Position numbers and translations under genes: made by a program. Positions 7,409 to 14,727 of a DNA stretch of 44,228 nt are shown one piece after another (the stretch's first letter is position 1; each line of letters begins with the position of its first letter). A model generated the notes under the pieces. That model ran no database searches. It was given only the letters and a program-made list of their open reading frames with translations, and was not told the DNA's origin. This DNA comes from Escherichia phage BUCT825: sequence record PV040721.1. One strand, 5' to 3'.

Positions 7409-9667
7409 CTATTCCAAATCCTCCTCTGTCACCACCAGCATCTCATTTGGTTCGTATAGTGTCTTCGGCCTTAATCTATCACCTATTCTTTCGGGTATCC
7501 GGTATGTGCCGGGGACAACTTCACCGTTAACATCACATCCGAGCATCAACTCCCCGTCTTTCAGCATCTTCTCGAGATGATGGTTGGTGATGGCGTGGTC
7601 CCCCGAGTTCGCCACTATCTGCCGTTGGGTAAAACCTCGTCCGGTGTCGTCGGACTGTTGCAGGTCTTCCAGCGCGGCGAGTATTGATTCCTTACGCCCT
7701 TCATCCTTCCCGCGTTTTACAGCATTATTTACGTTTTCTTTACCTTCTTTAGTTAACCCTTCTTCCCGCTCCTTCTCCTCGTCAGTTTTGAACGGCTCGA
7801 AGCCCCACGGCATCAGCACAAGCGCCTTGTGCGGCTCAGGCAGATCGAGGTTTACGATTGTGCCGTATTCCTCTGTGCTACCGAGGAACTCAACTGCACG
7901 GTATTCTTTCGGAGGCGGGGCTTCACGGAACTGTACCGACTCCAGAACCATGCCAACCGTTTTCTGTTGAGGCCCATGCTTAAATTTCGAGTGGTATACG
8001 TTTATCTGGCGGTCGGTAGCGCGCTCAATTGTCAGCTCCACATCAACACCGGCATACAGCGCCCCGCTACCACGGGCTTTCTTTCCACCCTTAGGCGTAT
8101 GGTGGACGACACCCACAGCGGCTTTAGTTGCGTCGCGTACTTTTTTAAGGATGGCGATAACTTTACCCATGCCAATTGCAGTTGATGAACTGTTCTCGTC
8201 GAACTTGTCAATTGTCAGGGCCAGCGTCTGGTTGAGGGTATCGAACGCGACCATACCAATAGGCTCGTCCCCTGCAGCTTCACGCATCCTGCGGATTAGC
8301 GCGGGGATTTTTTTATCACCATGCGCAGCGAGCACCTCACCCATATCAATGACATGTACGTAATCTTTACCTTCCTCGCCGTATTTAGCCGCGAGCGCGT
8401 CAATACGTGTGCGTGTAGCTGCGCCTCCCTCACCGTCGATATAGAAATGGTGGCAACGCTGGGTATCCGCCCCGGCAAACCGGTATCCGGCGGCGCTCAG
8501 GTACATCATCCCCAGCGTATAGAACGATTTGTACGTGCCGGATTCCCCAACAATATCCCAGATACAATCTGACGGCATGTACCCCTCAACGACGAAATCA
8601 GCCTTTACCGGTTCCGGTAGCTCGTCCTCTTCTGAGTCATCATCGTCTTCCAGGTCGTCGAGGCTGCATGAAACAGATTCACGCGCACCCCATCCGATAG
8701 CCTCGGCGACTTCACTGAACGGCAGCCCGGTCGCATCACACGCGTATTTCCACACCTCTTTCGGCGACATGCCTTCGGTTGCCGTGATGTCGGTGTCGTG
8801 AATCATCGTTACGTTCGGCGCTTCATATCCCTCGCGCGGGAAGCACAGCAGGAAGTCGTCCGGGCGCGGGGTCGGGTCGCTGTAGTTTTCTGCGTGTTCT
8901 GGCGTAGCTGGCATCTTAAGGCCACGCGGCGTCATGATGCCGCCGTACTCGAATGCCAGTGCTTCAAACGCATCTGTAAACGCGGTGCGCAGTTCTTCCG
9001 GTATCTGGTAATCAGATGCGCTGCTGATGTCAACGGCTGGGACGCCTTCCAGTAACTCATCAGGGTCAATCAGGTCGTTGCGGCGCGACCAGATAACAGT
9101 AGAGCCAACTGGCGGCAGGTACATCGGCTGCGACAGAGTGAACCCGCTGCGGTCCGCGCCCATGCCTTTGAAGAAGTGCTCCAGTAATCCATGGCGAACA
9201 CGGATGATGCCGCCACCTTCAACCGGGCGGGCCAGCGGCATGACGACGCGAAAGCGCGGCGACTCGTCGGTATGTGATGCCGTGGTGTAGAGACACATCG
9301 CCTGGCGGCTGCGCTTAACCAGGCGCACCGCTTCCCGATACTCTTCCGGTGTTGCGCTATCGAAGTCAAGATACGCCAGCGACGATTTGCTTACAGACGC
9401 ATCACAGCGATAGAAGAAGCCTTTACGCGCTTGCTTAAAGTCACCGGTTTCCGGGTCTTTTACGGTGCTGTGTGTGGAGTCGCACGCGGCGGTGATATAA
9501 CCGGGTGCGGTCTTCGGGTTAATTCCGTCACGGACAGCATCAAGCGGCTGGATTAAATCTTTCAGGTCGCCCAGCGTTGCCGTGTGTGTGGTTCTGACGT
9601 TTATATCCTTTTTCTCGGCCCGCGCGTTGCGACGAGACCACGAGTAGGATAAAATTACATCGGACAT
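7409..9667 (-). CDS. Primase-helicase (N-terminal primase/polymerase-like region plus RecA-like P-loop ATPase), 752 aa
   Basis: Walker A GESGTYKS, HHTPKGG motif typical of RepA/AAA_25-type helicases; large N-terminal domain; C-terminal winged-helix-like tail. Confidence 0.75.
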   Translation of the reverse strand: MSDVILSYSWSRRNARAEKKDINVRTTHTATLGDLKDLIQPLDAVRDGINPKTAPGYITAACDSTHSTVKDPETGDFKQARKGFFYRCDASVSKSSLAYLDFDSATPEEYREAVRLVKRSRQAMCLYTTASHTDESPRFRVVMPLARPVEGGGIIRVRHGLLEHFFKGMGADRSGFTLSQPMYLPPVGSTVIWSRRNDLIDPDELLEGVPAVDISSASDYQIPEELRTAFTDAFEALAFEYGGIMTPRGLKMPATPEHAENYSDPTPRPDDFLLCFPREGYEAPNVTMIHDTDITATEGMSPKEVWKYACDATGLPFSEVAEAIGWGARESVSCSLDDLEDDDDSEEDELPEPVKADFVVEGYMPSDCIWDIVGESGTYKSFYTLGMMYLSAAGYRFAGADTQRCHHFYIDGEGGAATRTRIDALAAKYGEEGKDYVHVIDMGEVLAAHGDKKIPALIRRMREAAGDEPIGMVAFDTLNQTLALTIDKFDENSSSTAIGMGKVIAILKKVRDATKAAVGVVHHTPKGGKKARGSGALYAGVDVELTIERATDRQINVYHSKFKHGPQQKTVGMVLESVQFREAPPPKEYRAVEFLGSTEEYGTIVNLDLPEPHKALVLMPWGFEPFKTDEEKEREEGLTKEGKENVNNAVKRGKDEGRKESILAALEDLQQSDDTGRGFTQRQIVANSGDHAITNHHLEKMLKDGELMLGCDVNGEVVPGTYRIPERIGDRLRPKTLYEPNEMLVVTEEDLE

Positions 9668-9725
9668 GTTATATTTCCTTCAGCAAGTAATTTAGCCTCG
9701 GCGTTCACCGCGTCGGGGCTTTCTT

Positions 9726-9959
9726 TTATTCCAGGTCTTCTAAAGTAGCGGTCATTCCGCGAACTTCGGCAACAGCACTATATTTCCCGCCAACATTTTT
9801 CACGACACCAGATTTAACCAGTACCTTCAACGACCCTTCAATAATGGCGGAACTATAGTACCTAAAATAACTACGGCGCAAGTCCATAACGCTGCACGAC
9901 CCTTTTTTACAGGTTAATGAAACGACTGCCGTAAATACGCGGGACTGGAACTCGGTCAT
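9726..9959 (-). CDS. hypothetical protein (77 aa)
   Basis: ORF with stop/start overlap to upstream gene. Confidence 0.5.
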   Translation of the reverse strand: MTEFQSRVFTAVVSLTCKKGSCSVMDLRRSYFRYYSSAIIEGSLKVLVKSGVVKNVGGKYSAVAEVRGMTATLEDLE

Positions 9960-10126
9960 TTTACATTCTCCTTAATCCACGCTTCCACTTTCTCCGGGTT
10001 GAAAGTACCCGGCTGCCGGCGGCCCATAATACGGATACAACAATCCGGGAACTTCCCACTCTTTAACCAGTTATTCAGCGTGCGACGGGTAACCCCAATA
10101 CGCTCGGCTACTTCATTCTGTGTCAT
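9956..10126 (-). CDS. small HTH DNA-binding protein (AlpA/excisionase-like fold), about 56 aa
   Basis: MTQNEVAERIGVTRRTLNNWLKSGKFP; ATG at 10126 with GGGGGT SD; the longer ORF to 10159 would overlap the -10 of its own promoter. Confidence 0.6.
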   Translation of the reverse strand: MTQNEVAERIGVTRRTLNNWLKSGKFPDCCIRIMGRRQPGTFNPEKVEAWIKENVK

Positions 10127-10158
10127 TCTCAAACCCCCATTATCAGTTAACGAAACCA

Positions 10159-10187
10159 AGTATACATTGCGAATAATGGGAAATCAA
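10159..10187 (-). promoter_or_regulatory. sigma70-like promoter, minus strand (-35 TTGATT, 17-bp spacer, -10 TATACT)
   Basis: Reverse complement TTGATT-N17-TATACT directly upstream of the small HTH gene. Confidence 0.55.
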
Positions 10188-10202
10188 ACATAATCGCACC
10201 TA

Positions 10203-10231
10203 TTGACATTAAGAAAATCTTCGTTTAAGGT
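10203..10231 (+). promoter_or_regulatory. candidate promoter, plus strand (-35 TTGACA, 17-bp spacer, -10 TAAGGT)
   Basis: Perfect -35 with correct spacing; weak -10; back-to-back with the minus promoter. Confidence 0.35.
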
Positions 10232-10467
10232 GCTTCTATATCTTAGTTACTTTGATTCCTGTTCACCTTGTAAAACCCGCCGAAAACGAGCGCCCAACGC
10301 GAAGTGTTAGGCGGCAGTTTACTGAACATTCGAATTATCGTAACTTTCCTTCCTAAGTATCTCCGGTTGCCCTGGGCAAGCTCTATTCCCATCGGCGGAA
10401 TATATCTTAAGTATCTGATTTTCTTAAAGTGCCGTAGATTCGCAACCGTAAAAATGTAACGATTATT

Positions 10468-10488
10468 GGGCAGGCTTAGGGCCTGCCC
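10468..10488 (+). terminator. Hairpin GGGCAGGC-TTAGG-GCCTGCCC followed by TTTAGTT (terminator-like) inside the 450-bp noncoding region
   Basis: 8-bp perfect stem read directly. Confidence 0.35.
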
Positions 10489-10570
10489 TTTAGTTACCAA
10501 GTAATAAGAATAAAGGCACAACCCTACCTGAAGAATCACAACGGCAACGTAACCATTTTCAATGAATCTC

Positions 10571-10599
10571 TTGCACACCCCAACATAATAGGTTACTAT
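10571..10599 (+). promoter_or_regulatory. Early-type promoter (-35 TTGCAC, 17-bp spacer, -10 TACTAT followed by TCAC)
   Basis: TTGCACACCCCAACATAATAGGTTACTATTCAC; near-identical copies at 12262-12290 (+) and 32118-32146 (-). Confidence 0.6.
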
Positions 10600-10633
10600 T
10601 CACTTATTGAAACTAGACAGAGGAGTTAGGGTT

Positions 10634-10819
10634 ATGTTTAAGAAGGGTCAGTTGGCTAAAACGAAACGCGGCGGACAGTACGTAATAGTTACCCAGGACG
10701 AAAATGAATACAGTATCGCTGTAGATGTATGGGGTCTTATACGAAAGAAACATGGTTACGCCTTCCGCGATAATTTAAAACTCATCGGCAACAATTTTAA
10801 ATTCAAAGGGGCGAAGTGA
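10634..10819 (+). CDS. hypothetical small protein (61 aa)
   Basis: ATG with SD GAGGAG; first gene after promoter. Confidence 0.5.
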   Translation: MFKKGQLAKTKRGGQYVIVTQDENEYSIAVDVWGLIRKKHGYAFRDNLKLIGNNFKFKGAK

Positions 10820-11064
10820 TGTTTAATCATATAATTAAATACGACTATCGCGATGGGGTTAAACTCGCCAAACATGATATAGAAACATGGTGCGGCTGTA
10901 AGCCTCAATTTAGTGATTGGTTGTTTCAGGACGCACAGCACGCCCTGTTAGTTATGGAGCAGGGAGGGAGAATTATGCCGTGCAAAAGTTGCCTGAAAAA
11001 TATAATCAAAACGGCATCGAATCATGATGCTCGTGCCGACGACTCTGAGGGAGGTTGCCGTTAA
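10819..11064 (+). CDS. hypothetical Cys-rich protein (81 aa)
   Basis: ATG overlaps upstream stop (TGATG); CGC...CKSC motifs. Confidence 0.5.
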   Translation: MFNHIIKYDYRDGVKLAKHDIETWCGCKPQFSDWLFQDAQHALLVMEQGGRIMPCKSCLKNIIKTASNHDARADDSEGGCR

Positions 11065-11255
11065 TGAAAATTCGTATAACTGATGTTGATTATGTTCTTC
11101 CGCCTGGTTATGGCGATCATTCTTTGCGCCACTTTGGTGTTTCAGTAGGTGATGAGTTTGAGGTTACGTCCTGTAACGACTACGGGTGCATAGTCAAACA
11201 TTGCGGGGAGGAACTGTACGTGCGTAGACGTGAGTATGTGATTATTGAGGACTAA
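11064..11255 (+). CDS. hypothetical protein (63 aa), paralog of next gene
   Basis: MKIRITD...FGVSVGD; start overlaps upstream stop. Confidence 0.5.
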   Translation: MKIRITDVDYVLPPGYGDHSLRHFGVSVGDEFEVTSCNDYGCIVKHCGEELYVRRREYVIIED

Positions 11256-11258
11256 GTT

Positions 11259-11414
11259 ATGAGAATCCGTATAACTGACCGCAGGCTTATAGATTTCGGT
11301 ATCTCGGTAGGTGATGTTTTTCTGGCGTTCAGCAGCAACCATTATGGTTTTATGATTGAGTACAAAGGGTCGTTATTGTTCGTGTATCGGGATGAATGCG
11401 AGGTTATGGTATGA
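11259..11414 (+). CDS. hypothetical protein (51 aa), paralog of previous gene
   Basis: Manual translation MRIRITDRRLIDFGISVGDVF... shares MxIRITD and FGxSVGD with upstream gene. Confidence 0.4.
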   Translation: MRIRITDRRLIDFGISVGDVFLAFSSNHYGFMIEYKGSLLFVYRDECEVMV

Positions 11415-11605
11415 GTCCGTATAACGAATTCCGCTTACGCCGTCTGATTGGCGGTCTGCGCGCCGCCGAGTTTGGTGTTGAATGCTGGGAAAAGGCGAAG
11501 TACACCCCGTTGAAGTCGTGGCATTTGGCTCATGCTAAGGAGGTAGCACAGTACCGTGAGTACAAGTTAAACAGTTTTCTTAAGCACCACGGGGTTGAGT
11601 TATGA
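11411..11605 (+). CDS. hypothetical protein (64 aa)
   Basis: ATGA overlap with upstream stop. Confidence 0.45.
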   Translation: MSPYNEFRLRRLIGGLRAAEFGVECWEKAKYTPLKSWHLAHAKEVAQYREYKLNSFLKHHGVEL

Positions 11606-11745
11606 GAGAGGCATTCGAACGGTGGGCCATCGTCGAGGGTCTGCCGGTTAACAAGGGTTCAAAGAAAGAGTACCTGAACGTTAAGACACGTCTCGCGTGG
11701 CGGGCGTGGAAAGCTGGTGTTCAAACTGCGATGAATACGAGGTGA
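11602..11745 (+). CDS. hypothetical protein (47 aa)
   Basis: Manual translation MREAFERWAIVEGLPVNKGSKKEYLNVKTRLAWRAWKAGVQTAMNTR; ATGA overlap. Confidence 0.35.
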   Translation: MREAFERWAIVEGLPVNKGSKKEYLNVKTRLAWRAWKAGVQTAMNTR

Positions 11746-11748
11746 GAT

Positions 11749-11949
11749 ATGGGTGAGTGGATTAAGTGTAGTGAGATGCTGCCGGGCAACGGTAGTGCAG
11801 ATAAAGAATTCCTGGTGTATGAAACGTTAAATAACGCAGTTCAACACGATTATTACATCGTTCCTGATGACGGGAGAAAGCCTTTCTGGAATCACTACGA
11901 TAAGTACGTGACTCACTGGATGCCGTTACCTGAGCCGCCGGAAGTGTGA
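11749..11949 (+). CDS. hypothetical protein (66 aa)
   Basis: ORF with ATG start; W- and P-rich small protein. Confidence 0.45.
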   Translation: MGEWIKCSEMLPGNGSADKEFLVYETLNNAVQHDYYIVPDDGRKPFWNHYDKYVTHWMPLPEPPEV

Positions 11950-11981
11950 TGTTCAATAGTTTGGGATTTTACTGAGTGACT

Positions 11982-12037
11982 TACGCTGCTACACAGCAGC
12001 GTACAACTTTAACTTAGTGTCGTCAAAAGGCGACACT
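11982..12037 (+). other. Two tandem stable hairpins in an intergenic gap (TACGCTGCT-ACAC-AGCAGCGTA and AGTGTCG-TCAAAAGG-CGACACT)
   Basis: Perfect 9-bp and 7-bp stems read directly; no strong U-tract. Confidence 0.4.
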
Positions 12038-12083
12038 TTCACCAAACGCAACAATCGAAGCGACTATTGCAGGAGACGCAACA

Positions 12084-12254
12084 ATGAAACTGAATGACAT
12101 CGTAACCTGGACCGGTAGAAACGGAGAAAAGCGATTCGGGCTTATTGTTGCGTCAGACGGCAACAAGTACCGTGTTATGCGCTGGTGCCAGTGGGCCAGA
12201 CGCCCGAGGTACTACTGGATTCGTGGCGAACGATTATCTTTAAAACACCAATAA
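12084..12254 (+). CDS. hypothetical protein (56 aa)
   Basis: Manual translation MKLNDIVTWTGRNGEKRFGLIVASDGNKYRVMRWCQWARRPRYYWIRGERLSLKHQ; SD AGGAG. Confidence 0.4.
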   Translation: MKLNDIVTWTGRNGEKRFGLIVASDGNKYRVMRWCQWARRPRYYWIRGERLSLKHQ

Positions 12255-12261
12255 AATTTAC

Positions 12262-12290
12262 TTGCACACTAAGATAGAATAGGCTACTAT
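12262..12290 (+). promoter_or_regulatory. Early-type promoter (-35 TTGCAC, 17-bp spacer, -10 TACTAT followed by TCA)
   Basis: TTGCACACTAAGATAGAATAGGCTACTATTCA. Confidence 0.6.
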
Positions 12291-12322
12291 TCATTTACAC
12301 AGACGAGACAGAGGAAAACGAA

Positions 12323-12508
12323 ATGTTAGAAGTTAAAGTTACAAAAAGAGACAGTGAACTGACTAAAGGCATCTTCAAAGTAGGAACCGTTATAGACCTG
12401 GATTTAGATGACATGGTTGTGTACCACGGTGGGATTGAGTGGAACGTGGCGCGGACCGACAACGGCTTCAAGTTACCAGGAAGTGAGACTCACTTTGCAG
12501 CAGTTTGA
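12323..12508 (+). CDS. hypothetical protein (61 aa)
   Basis: ATG with SD GAGGAAAACGAA context. Confidence 0.45.
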   Translation: MLEVKVTKRDSELTKGIFKVGTVIDLDLDDMVVYHGGIEWNVARTDNGFKLPGSETHFAAV

Positions 12509-12683
12509 AATATGGTTCCGGAGCCGGTTTGGGTTCGCCCCGGCCCGGAAAGACAATGGCTACGCTGAACCAGAGGTTCAGCGGATGTGGGTACGGTGGA
12601 AGGAGAAACAGCGTGAACACGAATGGCAATTTTACGGAGTCGGGTTTCCATGTATGTGCATTAAATGTGGGTTAAAGAAATGA
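12408..12683 (+). CDS. hypothetical Cys-containing protein; overlaps previous ORF by 100 nt, true start unresolved
   Basis: Alternative frame open across stop of 12323-12508; C-terminal CMCIKCG. Confidence 0.3.
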   Translation: MTWLCTTVGLSGTWRGPTTASSYQEVRLTLQQFEIWFRSRFGFAPARKDNGYAEPEVQRMWVRWKEKQREHEWQFYGVGFPCMCIKCGLKK

Positions 12684-12883
12684 CCAGCATCTTATTTATC
12701 TGGGTATTGTCGGCGGGCCAGATGCAACTAGCGGCATCGGAAACGTTTTACTCGATGGAGGCGTGCCAGTCAGCGGCACGCGCTGCAGAGAACGCGCACT
12801 TCTTGTTTCAGGGCGACAAGCCTAACGATTCAGAGGTACGCGCTATCTGCTCACCTAAGCGACTTGGTAAACAGGAGAAGTGA
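12680..12883 (+). CDS. small protein with predicted N-terminal signal peptide (67 aa)
   Basis: MTSILFIWVLSAGQMQLAAS hydrophobic leader; ATGA overlap. Confidence 0.45.
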   Translation: MTSILFIWVLSAGQMQLAASETFYSMEACQSAARAAENAHFLFQGDKPNDSEVRAICSPKRLGKQEK

Positions 12884-12885
12884 TT

Positions 12886-13149
12886 ATGGTACAGAGATAT
12901 TTATTACAAGGCGGTTTAATAGGGCCGCACGACGATGGTGACTGGGTTGGTTACGAAGACTACGCGGAACTTGAGCGTAAGTTCAATGAACTCAGGACAT
13001 GGCGTACGCAGATGCTCAATGCCGCTTTCGACTTTTTAGCGTGGGCAGAAAAAGCGGAAGCCGAGTTACAGAAATACAAAGACCAGTTCCCTGATTACGT
13101 CGAGTGCGCGAACTGTGGGTCAGTTACACATGTGGAGGGGGTGGAGTGA
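12886..13149 (+). CDS. hypothetical protein (87 aa)
   Basis: ATG with SD AGGAG. Confidence 0.5.
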   Translation: MVQRYLLQGGLIGPHDDGDWVGYEDYAELERKFNELRTWRTQMLNAAFDFLAWAEKAEAELQKYKDQFPDYVECANCGSVTHVEGVE

Positions 13150-13151
13150 TT

Positions 13152-13367
13152 ATGGTTCGTAAATATGAAGCGCGAGGGACTGAATTAGGCGGGGACGCAT
13201 TCTACGAAGATTGGGTAGAGGTGGTTCGCTACGAAGATTACAAGGCGCTAAAGACCCATGCCGATGCTATGTGCGAGGCCATGTGTTTGTATGATTTGGG
13301 TGAACGTGTTAGTTTCGAGCCATACATAAATTATACTGAATGGCTGTTGAGTGAGGACGATGTATGA
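13152..13367 (+). CDS. hypothetical protein (71 aa)
   Basis: ATG with SD GGAGGGGG. Confidence 0.5.
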   Translation: MVRKYEARGTELGGDAFYEDWVEVVRYEDYKALKTHADAMCEAMCLYDLGERVSFEPYINYTEWLLSEDDV

Positions 13368-13657
13368 GCCTTGCAACTGACATCCTGAAACGCAGCGGCC
13401 TTGCGCCGCTGTCACCGAGAGCGAACACCAGAATACACAAGCGCCGCCGTAATGCGCTGTACCCGGAGATTCAGGACAGACGCAAAGCTGTCCGCGCCTG
13501 TGGATTCCAGAACGGGAAGGCCGTAAATCTCGGTGAGTTTAAAACACAGGAACGCGCAGCAATCGCTAACCGGTTATTTAATTACTGGAAATCGCTGGGG
13601 TACGATGATATTCCGACGAAACCGCAGAGACGACAATACATCTGGAGACACAAATGA
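13364..13657 (+). CDS. small basic protein with AP2-like DNA-binding signature (97 aa)
   Basis: NGKAVNLGEFKTQERAAIANRLF resembles the AP2/HNH-associated DNA-binding motif. Confidence 0.45.
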   Translation: MSLATDILKRSGLAPLSPRANTRIHKRRRNALYPEIQDRRKAVRACGFQNGKAVNLGEFKTQERAAIANRLFNYWKSLGYDDIPTKPQRRQYIWRHK

Positions 13658-14094
13658 CGACTATCGCGTTCGACGGAAAGACAATGGCCTGTGACACACG
13701 TGTTGTGTGCGGGGATAACTACTACAACACAGATACTAAGATATACGAAAACGATACTTATGTTATCGGGGTAGCGGGTGACGCTGGAGTTGGTACTATG
13801 CTTATCGACTGCCCGTATATCCTCCAGGCCAGACATTATGATTTTGATTTCGAGGCCCTAGTGTATGAGAAAGACGCGGAAAAGGTGTATAAAGTCGCGT
13901 TTTATAAATCATGGGATTGTGCACTTAGTTCAGTTATTCCGGTTGCCGATGCGTACGCTGCCGTTGGGTCCGGTTCCCCTTATGCACTGGCGGCTATGGA
14001 ATGTGGGTATTCGGCGCATGGCGGTGTAGCCGTTGCATCGAAGTTTGACACTAACACCGGCGGCAAGATTATTACCAAACAACTATTAGGATAA
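13654..14094 (+). CDS. HslV/proteasome-beta-like Ntn-hydrolase family protein (146 aa)
   Basis: N-terminus MTTIAFDG (Thr directly after Met, as in HslV MTTIV); GVAGDAG and VGSGSPYALAAM resemble HslV GFAGG and IGSGGPYAQAA; alignment done by eye. Confidence 0.5.
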   Translation: MTTIAFDGKTMACDTRVVCGDNYYNTDTKIYENDTYVIGVAGDAGVGTMLIDCPYILQARHYDFDFEALVYEKDAEKVYKVAFYKSWDCALSSVIPVADAYAAVGSGSPYALAAMECGYSAHGGVAVASKFDTNTGGKIITKQLLG

Positions 14095-14108
14095 TTCCTA
14101 ACCGTGCT

Positions 14109-14148
14109 ATCCTCCAGTTACTGCATACTTAACACGCACCTGGAGGAT
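14109..14148 (+). promoter_or_regulatory. RNA hairpin sequestering the holin Shine-Dalgarno (ATCCTCCAG ... CTGGAGGAT)
   Basis: 9-bp perfect inverted repeat; 3' arm contains the GGAGGA SD sitting 6 nt before the TTG start. Confidence 0.5.
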
Positions 14149-14153
14149 TCATC

Positions 14154-14462
14154 TTGGATAAATTTACTGAAACAGTGACGGGGTGGCTTCTCGCTGCCGC
14201 ACTGGTCGGTGGATTGGTCGGACTAAGACAACATAAAAAGTCTATATCCGGGCCGATTGACGGACTGGTATTTCTCCTCACCGGCTTCGCGTGTGCCATT
14301 TTCGGTGCACCTCTTGCTGCTCAATGGTTCGGTATTACCGGTGAGCGCGAGATAGCTGGCCTCGGATTCATCATTGCCATTCTCTGGATGCCTATCTATT
14401 CCCGCCTTTCTGGCATCGTATCGGGCGGCGATATTGCCCACCCAGGAGGACCGCATGACTGA
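14154..14462 (+). CDS. holin (102 aa, about 3 predicted TM segments), TTG start
   Basis: Hydrophobic segments LLAAALVGGLVGL, LVFLLTGFACAIFGAPLAA, LGFIIAILWMPIY; no in-frame ATG before the first TM; strong SD. Confidence 0.6.
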   Translation: MDKFTETVTGWLLAAALVGGLVGLRQHKKSISGPIDGLVFLLTGFACAIFGAPLAAQWFGITGEREIAGLGFIIAILWMPIYSRLSGIVSGGDIAHPGGPHD

Positions 14463-14727
14463 GCTATTCTGGTTTGTCGTAATGCTGGCAATGGGCGCTT
14501 CGTCCCTGTTCAACGTGTATAATGAACGCGTGGACGACGGGATATTCGGTCGGGTGCTCTATATCCTGTCCGCTATTGTCTGCGCCGCCGGATGTATTCA
14601 CCTGTTACAGGGCGGCATGTCACCTACGCTGCCCGAGACATTAATCACATTAGTTGCGCTGCGCCAGATTCGTCAGGCGTGGCTGTCGTACGGAGGGCAT
14701 AAGCGTGTCTCGAAACATTTCAGATAA
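14456..14727 (+). CDS. second small membrane protein (about 90 aa, 2 TM): holin/antiholin-like
   Basis: ATG at 14456 with SD AGGAGG, overlapping holin stop; TM segments FWFVVMLAMGASSLF and LYILSAIVCAAGCIHLL. Confidence 0.5.

Noticed and set aside
10243-10578. 111-aa minus-strand ORF in the early control region
   Set aside because: Low-complexity, Arg/Tyr-rich product with no SD; it overlaps promoter, palindrome and hairpin elements on both strands and sits where an untranslated regulatory region is expected.
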